Assembly (NCBI GenBank): GCA_002269645.1
Contig: NIVC01001585.1
Span: 201,421 to 265,420, forward strand
Direction of reading: 5' to 3'
DNA from: Macrostomum lignano
Lineage: Eukaryota
DNA: 64,000 nucleotides
Part shown: one piece after another, positions 39,074-51,900 of the stretch
Position numbering within the stretch: position 1 is the first letter of the stretch
Layout of the letters: each line of letters opens with the position of its first letter
Translations under genes and position numbers: made by a program
Notes under the pieces: generated by a model
Told to the model about the DNA's origin: nothing
What the model saw: only the letters and a program-made list of their open reading frames with translations
Databases searched by the model: none

Positions 39074-41341
39074 ATGGCCGAGGAGGGCGATAATCCCGGC
39101 TATCAAATTAACGTCAGCAATGCAAGTCGACACAGTGAAGGCGACAGCTGTCGTATTGGGACTGAAGATGGGCGAACTGCAAAGTCGCGGTCAAGAAGGC
39201 GTAGAAGTAACGACAGCCGAAAAACAGTTGATGGTGACTAATCTAAATTTTTAATGCCTGTTGCTGGAGTAGATGCTTCAATCAATACAGAACTTTTTGG
39301 GGGTTCAGTCCTGAAGTGTGTTTCAATTCTGAAGCGGATATTGTATAGCATTATCATTTGTGAAGTGTGTCTTAACTCTAGGTATTGGTTTGTGTCTCAA
39401 TCCTGAGGCAGATGTCTCAATCTTCTTGTTGATGTCTCACCACAAATCAACTTAAGACACTACACCGCTTGCGTCCATTCCAGACGATACAAAACCTACC
39501 AGCCGTCGGCTTCGGTGTAGGTACAGCCTGACCGTAGAGATCTGCCAGCGAACCCGACATCGAATCTTAGAGGTGACAGCTTCCGGTTCGTCTCCGTCGC
39601 CTCCGTCCGTGGCCACCGCTTCGATGTCCACTAGGACCTCAACACCGACAGCATCTTCCACAGCGTCAACGGAGAGTGCTTCCTTACCAGGATATAGAGG
39701 CCATCGCCGAAGGAGGAGAAGAAAGAGAAGTCATTCACATCGAGATCAAAGTAAAACGCGTCGTGGAAGGAGCTGCTCGAAATCAAAACGGCGGAAGCAA
39801 CGACGTGCGGCTCGAAACGCTTCACCATCATCGCTGTCGACGAATAACGCGACTCGAATGCTACAGGTCAGCAACAGTGACGGTCCACCGCCGCCAGCAG
39901 TCGGCAAGAACGAAGACAATGGGAGCAAACAGGACTGCGGAACGAGCAGCGAAGAGTCTGAAACAGGCGAGTCTGATTCTTCGTCTTGCAGCGCTTCCGA
40001 CCGGTCTATGCTCTCAACAGACGAGGACGACGAAAATTGCAGCAAATCATCGGCATCGGAGTCGGACGTAAGCACGGACTCGCAGCAGTCCAGCTCGGAG
40101 TCTTCGCCTCCAGCAGACGCGCCGCCGAGATCAAAGTCTTCGTCAAAAAAACTGCCACCACCTCCGCCGCCGACGTCCACCACCAAGGTGCTTGTCTGTA
40201 GCAGCGTGTCCAAGGAGCGAAACAGGCATCGGCGGCATCGGCGGCGGCGTAGACGGAAAGAGCGCGGTGAGGAGCCACTGCCACCGCAGCCACCGAAACC
40301 CGCTCCTACCGCTGCACCGCCGCCTCCCCACCGGCACCCCCTCCGCCACCTCCAAAACCAAAACGATTGCCGAGTCCGCAGAGCAGCAACGACACTGAAG
40401 AAGAGGAGGAAGACTCTACATCTTCACCTCCGCCGACTCGTCGGTCACATCGAAAATCATCTCAGCCTTCGCTTCGAGTTGAAAAGTCGCAACCACCGCC
40501 GCCACCGCCGCCACCTCAACCCCCACCGCCGCCGCAGCCGCTACCTCCACAACAGCCGCCGCCACCGCGGCCAACTTCAACACGTAGATCTCGTAGAAAG
40601 TCTTCGATACCACCGCAACCACCACCGCCAAGTCTGCCGCCTCCATTGCCGGATCCACCAACTCCTGCGCCACCTCCACCGCCTAGAGCATCATCGTATT
40701 ACCAGCCGCCACCGCCTCCTCCAACGCCTCCTCCACCTCCACCTCCGCAACCTCCTCCACCTCCGCCTCCTGAACAACCGCCGCCGCAGGCAGCACCTCC
40801 GCCGCCATCAGAGTCGATTCCTCCTGAGCCACCAGCTCAATCATTGGTCCGGTTGCACTCGCAGCTACAGCTCGAATCGCCACCGTCGTCAACTCCGTCA
40901 GCTCACACTCAATCAACGGAGCCATCGCCCGGCCCGGGTCGACGTCATTGGCACAGACGGCGATGCCGCCCTCGCTATCGGCGCTGTCATTCGCGCTGCA
41001 GTTGCTGCACTATCAGTTCGCAGTACCTGCCAAGCTCCGATTCCGACTTTTGCAATCCGAAGTCGACAAATCGACCACCGCCACTGCCGCAGTCTTCCTA
41101 CAGGCGTTGCTCAAACGCACAGAGCAGTCGGCAAAGATTGTGCAATGACTGTTATCGACACCTGCTGATGCTGCAGCACAGTCAGGAGCGTCGGCCGCGA
41201 AGGCGAAGCAAAGTGGCGGCGGCAATCGGCGCCGGGGATTCGTGGACGCCGAGAGGAGGGGCGTCAACAGTGCCGTCAGGTCGTCACATACTTTGCTGTC
41301 AGTGCAGCCGACAGGTAGCAACTAATATGACGCACACGTGA
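39074..41341 (+). CDS. Pro/Arg/Ser-rich low-complexity protein with one -1 frameshift near 40327
   Basis: join(39074-39233,39457-41341); phase-1 intron (G|GTgact...taAG|AC gives Asp). ORFs 39573-41168 and 40367-41341 merge into one sensible poly-Pro protein if a single C is added to the C-run at 40326-40329. No recognisable domain. Confidence 0.6.
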
Positions 41342-42909
41342 CGCTTATTTGTCAGGCCTAAGAATTGTTCGATTCCTCAGTCAGTGTTTTCAACCTGTAG
41401 AAAAGTCATTCTCGTCCCCCACGCGATTTTTCCTATTTTTCCATTTAATCGACACTCACTCCGTTCATATTTATTTATGACTCCCGATTCTTACACGTCC
41501 CTCTCTTTGACGCATTTTCTAATACTTATTACATGGAGAGCGTTTCTTGCTAAGCAGCCCAGAATTTGCCATTTTTCTGTCCATGTTTCTCAAGACAGTC
41601 ACAAAACGAGAGCATCGCGGTGGAGAGCGCTTTTGACAAACCTGCGCCGGGTTTCCATGGGAGTGTTGCTTCCGTTTTTTTAATTTTCACAACATGTTAT
41701 AACACTCGGGTGCCGATAGCAGGTGCGAGCAAATCGGACTACTTCAAGTGTGTAAAATTCTCGTCTTTCGCCTAGCCTTTGTTCGTTTTTTGTTACTTAT
41801 TATAAGACCAAAGGTCGAGAGGTAAACATGAACTAAGTTTAAGCTTTCAACTTCTTTGTATAGCTAAGATTTCGATTAGATATGCATAAGTAATTTTTGA
41901 TACAATTTTCCAATCAGTTACATTGACTTAAATCGTACATTTTTATTTGCCGGTCAAGAAGAGCTTAAGAATGTACACAATCAACTATCCCTGTCTGTAT
42001 AGTTGGCTAATTGCTTTTCGTAGCTTAGCTTAGGACTTAGGATTCTTAGGATAAAGCCATAAAAACATGAACCTGAACTTTTTGATAATGTTAAAAAATA
42101 AGAGAACGCACTGCTTGTGATTTGTTTGTTAGCTAGCTACACCAGCATACTTATTTACCAAAATCTTTCGATAAGTATCACAATTTCTGTATTTCAAAAT
42201 TAATTTAGTCAGTTTAGTTGTCACAAAATCATTATTTGGAGATTAAAAAAATGAACATTTCATAATTAGCTAATAATTCCGTTGGGACATAAAGACAGAA
42301 CAAAATTTGAAAGAAAACACAGGAAAACAATCACTATAGCCTCCATTTTCGTGAAAGTTTGGAATTATAATATTTAATAACGTTAAGCCGTTAGCATTAG
42401 CAGTAGCACGAAAATTTGTTTTTTTTGTGAATCTGCAAAAGAAAAGGTTAGGCTAACACTGATCTGAAGCCAACTTAAAAACGTGTCTTTTAATTAAAAG
42501 TACACAGTCCCTATTCTATGAAATTATCCTAAAGAAGTGAATCGGAGGGAGGGTGCGGTGCGGGTGGCGGCTAGGTTGAAAATAGATGAGATAACCGAGG
42601 GGACGGAAAACATGGCCCCTGGCCAGCCGCTATGGTGGGGAGGTGGGGAGGTGGTTGGGTGGTGAAGGGTAGAAAAATCAATCCAGGGAGTAAACGCTTG
42701 CGGCCTACTGTACGCGCCAATGTACATCCGATGTTTATCCGATGTACGCACCAAAGGGACGGAAAATTTTCGCTCAGTTAAATCGAGGACTTAAGAATTG
42801 TTCAGTTAAAAATACAGCCAAACTAAGTTATAAATATAATTATAAAGTAAAGTAACAAAAACAAAGGCAGTAAGGTCCAATTAAGGTCAAAATATAGTAA
42901 AATAAAGAA

Positions 42910-45900
42910 TCACAGCGACGGATCTCCGAAGCCCACCTCGGCCTGAAGGTTACGCAGCTCGTTCAGTAGCAGTTCGTCCTCGAGACCAACTTTAACAGCG
43001 TATTTGTAGGTCTGCTCAGCCTCTAGACGTCGGCCAGTTCTCAAACAGATTAAGCTAAGATAGGCCCACACCTCAGGATCGCGATTGTTGAGCAGATTCG
43101 CTTCGGCCAAGGCGTCTTCAGCTTCCTGCAGGTCCCCCAATCGATAACAGGCGATGCCGACGCCCAGCCAAGACACGGCTGACGGCGAGCGCTTGCAGGC
43201 TAGCAGGAAAGTCTCCCTGGCCAGCCGGTAGTCACCCAGCTGCAGGTGAATGCTGGCCAAACGCAGGATCACCGGATGCGGCTCATCTGGGTCGGTAGTC
43301 AGCGCCAGGACGCGCTGGTAGCAGTCCCTCGCGGCCTGGACGTAGCCAACCAGATACTTGAGATGGCCCATCAAGGCCCAGCCATTAGCATCTGTTGGCG
43401 CCAGCTGTAGCAAATCGTTGAGCGACACCTCGGCGGTTTCAAACTGCCGCTGCTGCATCGCCAGCCGAGCGTGGGCCAGAAAATAGTCCGGCGTGAGTTC
43501 CCGGCCGGAGCCGCGCAGATGGGCCACTTCGTGAGCCAGAGCTCGTTCAGCGAAGGCAACGGCTGAGTTTTTAATCAAGAAGTTTGCCGCTCGCATAAAC
43601 ACCGACTGGCTCGGCGCTGGTGGTCGAGCGTCAGCCGCGGCGGCGGCTGCGGCAGCTGCTGCGGCTGCCTCGGCGGCTGCAGTTGCAGCGGCTTCGTCCG
43701 TGGATGGCGCCGGGGTGCCAGACGACGAGTTTTTTCCAGCTGCGGGTGTTCGGTGCAAGTTACCAAATGTCAGATTTGTCCTAAGCGGTGGAATAAGAGT
43801 GTTGTTAGAAAGTGTAGTGTATGATTTTGTGGCGTGGAAACCTTAGCAAAGTCGTCACGAAAAACGACTTGACTCTCTTGACTCCATTAAAAATGATTTA
43901 GAATGATGCAAATGCAACGCAAACGTACTGTGTAAAAAATGACGGCACGACAGTTGAGCAACCCCATCATTGCAATTTGCGAACGGGAGACGCGAAGCAG
44001 CATTGTTAAAGCGAAAGAAGCAAACGCAAAATATATTAGCCCGAAAATTTGGCATTAACACTACTTTGCTTAACTGCATTCAGTTTTAAGGTCGTGTTTT
44101 CCGGTGTTAAACGACACACAGCACCGATTGGATGTTTAATAAGCGAAGCCTCAATAAAAATCCAACGGTTATTAGCTGAGGACTACGAGCTAAAGCCTGA
44201 AAACGTGCAAATGCACAAGTATTAAATTACTGTTAACCAACCACCGTGTTAGGAGCGTCGTAAATCAAAATAACAAATTTGCTACGCAGTAGATACTACT
44301 CATCTATACGAGTAGAGAATGAGTAGGTGTTATGGCGTATATTTTATCCGTTGCTAAAACGGCGAACTTAAGTTCTCTCAAGAGCTCAAGGATTATACCT
44401 TTGACGCTAGGCGTCTGTTTACGAGCGTTGACCTGCGATTTCGACGCCTGGCTAGTTTTTGACAGCTTATTATCGCTGTGCTGAAGCTGCTCATTTCCGA
44501 GAGCCGAGGCTGGGGCGCCAGCGCCGGCACCTGTGGCCGAGGCCTCCGCTTGCGGCTGCTGAGTCTGGCTGGGCTGATCTGCACTGGCACCCAGCAAATC
44601 CGCCGTTTTCTCTGGCGGTTTTGTTAGCAATGTTTGCGTAGCTCGATGGGGATTTGAAATAATAAAACGCACCACCGGTTTCGCAAAGTGTAAGAATATG
44701 TTTGACAATATGAGTCATTGTTTGATAATTAAAGGTTATAGAATTATTATTCAAATCGGGCAGTATGTATGATTGGTGAAAATAATTGTGATCTGAGTAA
44801 ACATCTAGGCAAACGTATCGATTTTTCCATGGCTCTTAATGGCCAATCGGAGCTTACCTTCCTGGATAAGATGCAGCTGGCTAACTCCAGATTCAGCCTG
44901 TAGTGCGGCGGCCGCTTCCTCTTTCTCGGCTCGGTGCTTAGCAACAGCCTCGGCCGTGTTGATACGGTTGGCCTCGAGCAGGCTCATCTCGGCGCCGATG
45001 TCGTTGCCAATGGAGTCGTAGTAAAGAAGAAGCAGAGTCCAGGCAACCAGCGAGTCCGGCATGTGAGCCGTTGCCGCCTCCAGGTAGGTTTGAGCCTCCT
45101 GATGACGCTCTTGAAGAGCTGTCACAATGCCCAGCATCATCAGGGCCTGCAAATGGTGAGTGAGCATCTGATGGAGCTTGAGCATCTGATGGAGTGAGCA
45201 TCTGATGGAGTGAGTATCTGATGGAGTGAGTATCTGATGGAGTGAGTATCTGATGGAGTGAGTATCTGATGGAGTGAGTATCTGATTAGAGTGAGCATCT
45301 GATGGAGTGAGTATCTGATGGAGTGAGTATCTGATGGAGTGAGTATCTGATGGAGTGAGTATCTGATGGAGTGAGTATCTGATGGAGTGAGCATCTGATG
45401 GAATGAGCATCGATTGAATGAGATTCGGATTGAGTGAGAACTCACATTGAGATGAGTCTGCTCCAGCGCCACAGCCTCGCGGAAGCACTCCTCGGCCTTG
45501 CCGACATCCCCGGTGGACAGGGAGAAGACGCCGTAGTCGTACCAGTGCTGCGGCTTCAGCCGATCCCTGGCGATGCGCTCCTGATAGAGCTGTTGCGCCA
45601 GTCCGAGGTTCTCATTGACTTCGGCCTCGCGCGCAAAGTGCAACAGCTGATCGGAGTCCGTGACCGGAGCCGGCACAGGGACCCGGTCCTGCAAGCTGAT
45701 CGCTTTGCGCATGCCCACCTGCAGCTGGTCAACCAGGTACACGAATAGGTCTCGTAGGAATAGCTGCATCTCGGCCTGCGATGGCGGGGTGTTCATGACT
45801 GTGCGATTGAACACTGTTATGACCGTCACCTACTCATCTTGACACAATGATGACCGTCATTCACTCATAATTATGATGCTAAGATGACCGTCCTTCTATG

Positions 45901-48900
45901 ACACTACGATGACCGTCATTCAATGACACTGATGACCATCATTCTATGACACTATCGATGACCGTCATTCTATGAAACTGTCGATGACCGTCATTCTATG
46001 AAACTGTCGATGACTGTCCCTCTATGACACTCAAAACCATCATTCTATATGACATTAAGATGACCGTCATTATATGACACTTGGATAACTATCATTCTAT
46101 GACACTGATGACCGTCCTGAGGATCATTTATAGATGTACAATACTTTATTGAGACTAATTCTTATTTATAGCTCTTATTACTTTGTGATAGCAACAAAAA
46201 ACTACGAATTATGCACCTGATCCTGAAATCCAGTAGTCTTCATGTACTTCTCGCGAACCACCTTGATCACGGCGTATTTCAGTTGCTCTTTGAAGGCGAA
46301 GTACTTTCCGCTGGAATTCAATGAGTACATTAACTCCTGCCGCATCGACTCGATGCCGTCTGGCGTCAGAGGCAGCTGGCCTCCACGAATGCTGTCAGCG
46401 AATAGCGAGCGGAACTCTTCCAGGACTCGGCCAGAAATTTCCGCCACCTGCTGGTGATAATCTGATAGCGCCTTCTCCGCGGAGTTGGTACGCTTCGGGT
46501 ACATTGGCCTGGCGGGGATGTACTCGGCGACTCTGGTGGTTGGGGGTGAATTGACAACGATTGAAAAATGATGCAAACACTTAGCCGAATGATGCGTGAA
46601 TAGTTAGCCAAATCTCTTCTTACTATCACCCCGCGCAGCACCCCACTTCCTACCCCTCACACCCTTACCCTGCGCAGCACCCCACTTCGTACCCCTCACA
46701 CCCTTACCCCGCGTAGCACCCCACTTCCAATCGCTCATACTCTCAACCCGCGCAGCACACAATTTCCTACCCCTCACACCCTCACCCCGCACAGCACCCC
46801 ACTTCCTACCCCTCACAACCTCACCCCGCACCACCCCACTTCCTACCCCTCATACCCACCCCGCGCAGCACTCCACTTCCTACCCTTCACAACCTCACCC
46901 CGCGCAGCACCCACCCCACTTTCTATTCATTCCATTACCCATAAAAGATCATCAAAACTCACCTCTTCGCCATTTCCTCTGGCGTCCTTTTAGGCACAAG
47001 CGGCTTGTCCAAACAAATCTCAATCATCACGTAGCTCTTGTGCTCTAGATACTGTTGACCCTCCGGATTAGCCGGAATATCCTCCGACTCGCTGATCTGA
47101 ACTTTGCTAGCCTAAATACGGTGAAAAATATGCACACTTTAACTCTTTTATAGTTTAAAACAGCTTGAATTCAATATATCTGCGTTACGGTGAGAACTGG
47201 AAACTTTTTTTATTGCATGGGAATGAAAAAATGTAAAAGCGTTTGATTAATAAATAATCTGATGGGACAGATGGGTAGGATTTAAAATAATAGTATATCG
47301 AAAACGAAGCTTAATAAATTTTCTATACCTAAGCAGCCCTGCTGCACTTTAAAAGCTGGCTAAGCACGATACAGACTATCAACAAGCCTCTACCTGACCT
47401 TGCCCTCTCCACTCCCTGTCCTTGACCCCCACCCTACTCCCCGACCTTGAGCCACCCCACTAACTGACCTTGAGCCACCCCACTAACTGACCTTGAGCCA
47501 CCCCTCTCCCTGACCTTGCGCCACCCCACTCCCTGACCTTGAGCCACCCCTTTCACTGACCTTGAGCTACATGTACCCCTCTTATTGACCTTGACCCCCA
47601 TCCCACTTCCTGACTTTCACCACACACTTAACCGACCTTGAACAAATCACGCCTGGACGGCTCACTATCAAACTCTATTACTAACATTTACGGGTATCCA
47701 ATAATGAGAAAAAAGTGAAATTAATCCGACAAAAGACAACTAATTACTGAACTTAAAGCAAGAATCTTGACGAAGGAGGGGCAAACCAGAATTCATTTGA
47801 ATGGGAAAAAAATAGGATAGAACCATTGTTTGATCTTAATATTTTTCCATAACTTGTCCGGTAGGGTTTCGTTGTGAACATTGGAATTTTGTGTGCGGTT
47901 TTTATTTAGGTTGAACTGAATCCGATAGTTCAACAGGGATTGCATTAAAAGTACATTGGCTATTTTCATTTTACTTTTAAATTGCCTGTCGCTGTATTGA
48001 TAGACTGTTGCTGCTGTTGTTGCTGGCGAAAAGCGACGCGCTACAAGTAGTATAGTGTCAATTTTATGCAAATATTCTTTTCAAATTTTGTGATAGAAGC
48101 TTGAAGAATTGTCAAATAACTGTGTTTTTTTCCACGAAATATTTTAGCAGACTCATGCAAAGCCTGGGTTAATTCGGTTTTGCGTAGCTAGGATAAACAA
48201 ACGGCATTTAGATGCAATATATGTATGTTAATATACCGGTACATGGGGAAGCAATCTTGCGACTAATGCAATGTTTTTTAATTTGTTTGAATTCGCTCGA
48301 AAAGCCGGAATTTTGAACGCAAATTCGTAAAACACATTTAAATGTAGCAATGACTTAAACCAAAAAAACACCGTTCTAGAAGAATGTGAACTGCAGGCAC
48401 AGAAAACTTTTTGATTATAAGAACATTCACGGCAGATCAGAGCTGAATATCAAAGCAGACAAATGGGTTTGAAATAATAAGCACACAAATCGAAGGTCAT
48501 TGCATGCATTGAAAAATGACATCGAATATGGATAGCAGTCGATACAGAAACTCAAAATGAGCCAAGAAAGTCGAATTTCGAAGAATATTTTACACTGGCA
48601 TTAATTAGGACAAAAGTTTTGTACAATTTGTAGAATGTATGTACCAGCTAGATAATTGATCCACTACCATATGCAACACTAATTCAATATTTTACCATAG
48701 TGGGTGGCACTCTGAACACAGAGCCCCTCCGGCTTGCGGCGCGAATCTCCTGACGCATCGAAAATTGTTGGTTTCGATGTTAATTCAAGTCTTAGATTCG
48801 ATATGCGTTTCGGAATATGACGTCATATACCGTTTGTTAAAGTGTTCCCAAAATAAAAATAATGCTGTGCAGGCGGGTGCATCTATTTCACGGCTTCTTT

Positions 48901-51900
48901 AAGCTCCAGCTAATCTGCTTGAAACTTTTCCTGTTATTCAAGAAGTCACAAAAGTGCAGAGTGGATGTGAATCTTACGAATCTCATGATATGAATCTCAT
49001 GAATCTTCATGATAGGAATCTCATGAATCTCATGGTAGGAATCTCATGAATCTCATGATATGAATCTCATGAATCTCATGATATGAATCTCATGAATCTC
49101 ATGATATGAATCTCATGATAGGAATCTCATGAATCTCATGATATGAATATAATGAATCTCATGATATGAATCTCATGAATCTCATGATATGAATCTCATG
49201 AATCTCATGCTATGAATTTCATGAATCTCATGATATGAATCTGATGAATCTCATGATATGAATCTCATGAATCTCATGATATGAATCTCATGAATCTCAT
49301 GATATGAATCTCATGATAGGAATCTCATGATTCTCATGATATGAATCTAATGAATCTCATGATATGAATCTCATGAATCTCATGATATGAATCTCATGAA
49401 TCTCATGCTATGAATCTCATGAATCTCATGATATGAATCTGATGAATCTCATGATATGAATCTCATGAATCTCATGAGAGGAATCTCATGAACATCATGA
49501 GAGGAATCTCATGAACATCATGATAGGAATCTCATGATAGGAATCTCATGAATCTCATGATAGGAATCTCATGAACATCATGATAGGAATCTCATGAACA
49601 TCATGATAGGAATCTCATGATAGGAATCTCATGAATCTCATGAGAGGAATCTCATGAACATCATGATAGGAATCTCATGATAGGAATCTCATAAATCTCA
49701 TGAATCTCATGATAGGAATCTCATGAACATCATGATAGGAATCTCAAGATAGAAATCTGATGAATCTCATAAATCTCATGTGCTCACCTGCGGCTTCTTA
49801 TCGGCGGCAGCGGCGGCGGCAGCTCCGGTCGCAGCTTTGTCAGCCGGGGCTCCGGCGGCCTTCTTATCAGCCGCCTTGTCGCCCTTCTTGCCAGTCGGAG
49901 TGGCGCTGGCCCGGTACATGTAGTTCACCGCGATCCGGCCCGCCTCCTCGCCCAGGCCGCTTTTGCGCTTGGTCTGGAAGGGGAACGATTGGTAAATGTA
50001 CTATTGGATATTAAATACAAAAAATATTGCTGCGATATTATGCGGAGGGTAGTGTTAGAGGGCAAAGACATGGTAAGAGTAGGTAGGAAGAAGACAGAAT
50101 GATCTAGAGGGAAAAAAGGTGTTCGAGAGGGAGAAGAAGGTTGATCTAGAGGCAGAAGACAGGGTGGAAAGAGAAGACAGGAGGATCCAGACAGAGAAGA
50201 GACGGTTATCTAGAGGGAGAAGACAGGGTTATCTAGAGGGAAACGACAAGGTAATCTAGAGGGTGAAGACAGAGGGATCCAGACAGAGAAGACAGGGTGA
50301 TATAGAGGGTGAAGACAGGGTGATATAGAGGGTGAAGACAGGGTGATATAGAGGGTGAAGACGGGGTGATCTAGAGGGTGAAGACACGGTTATCTAGAGG
50401 GTGAAGACAGGGTGATATAGAGGGTGAAGACGGGTGATATAGAGGGTGAAGACGGGGTGATAAAGAGGGTGAAGACGGGGTGATATAGAGGGTGAAGACG
50501 GGGTGATATAGAGGGTGAAGACGGGGTGATATAGAGGGTGAAGACGGGGTGATCTAGAGGGTGAAGACGGGGTGATATAGAGGGTGAAGACAGGGTGATA
50601 TAGAGGGTGAAGACGGGGTGATCTAGAGGGTGAAGACACGGTTATCTAGAGGGTGAAGACGGGGTGATATAGAGGGTGAAGACGGGGTGATATAGAGGGT
50701 GAAGACGGGTGATATAGAGGGTGAAGACGGGTGATATAGAGGGTGAAGACGGGGTGATATAGAGGGTGAAGACGGGGTGATTAGAGGGTGAAGACGGGAT
50801 GATATAGAGGGAGGAGATTTTTTCTACGGAGGCCTGAGTGACTGAGGGAGAAGACTCAAATATTTTAGAGATGAAAAAGTCCCACAGATTGGGATTGAAC
50901 AGTTTCCAGTACTCACCTTTTCGCAGTACTCGGACTCAATGTAGGGATAGACTCTGTAAGCGCCTCTGATTCGGGTCACTGAAGTGAGTTTTAAGTCTTT
51001 AGTCAGCAAGAATATTTTACAGTTAATGACATCATCGCTGAGTGGAATGGTCACTCACCTCCAGGATACAGAAGAGGGGAGGCGTTCACGTAGGCAACGC
51101 CATGGAAACCAATGGAACCATCTTCCTCCACCTGTCAACATTTCAGGATAAAAAGATAAAAATAATGTTAATTTAAACTAGCATCCGCGTGCCTTTATGA
51201 AAAATAAATATAAAACTACAAACTACACTACTTGTAGTAGCAAACGCGAACAATTTGCTTTGCAATAACAAAAATCAAGTTTAAATCATTCATGCCGATA
51301 ATTTTATTATATAAACTTATTTACTGCTTTCTTACGCCCTACTATAATGAATGAATTGAGACGGGAATTTTGTGTCTACTTTAAGTACAGTAGTAACAGA
51401 TGCATTCACAGTTAACTGACTCGTATATACACAGTAATCTAATATTTATATTTTACATGTGAGTATGAGTTGTTTAACAGCTTTGAAAGTTAACACTAAA
51501 AATTGTGAAAACATTGGAAATACAATAGATATGTTGGTGAACCGACAGCCTTTAAAAAACTTTTTTACGAGCGTATGTTGTGATGTGACTTCGTTATTTT
51601 CGATTGTGAAAAACATGGATAATAAATAAATATCAGTAAATTCTATTTGAACTATATGACACTAAGAGCAATCCTTTGTACTTTAATTAGTGAATCAGTT
51701 TTTGTTCTGAAATCCATTCACTGACTCACCGTACACTGACTGATTCTATTTACACTGATTGGCTAAGTTAACACTCTCCCTGCTAGACAATGTACACTGA
51801 CTGATTCTATGTACACTGATTGGTTAAGCTACCACTCTCCCTGCTATACACTGTACACTGATTCTATGTACACTGATTGGCTAAGTTAACACTCTCCCTG

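Noticed and set aside
45147-45445. Read-through of the CFAP70 repeat intron as coding sequence
   Set aside because: The intron is 299 nt (not a multiple of 3) with canonical splice sites; it is open only because the 16-bp unit lacks stops.
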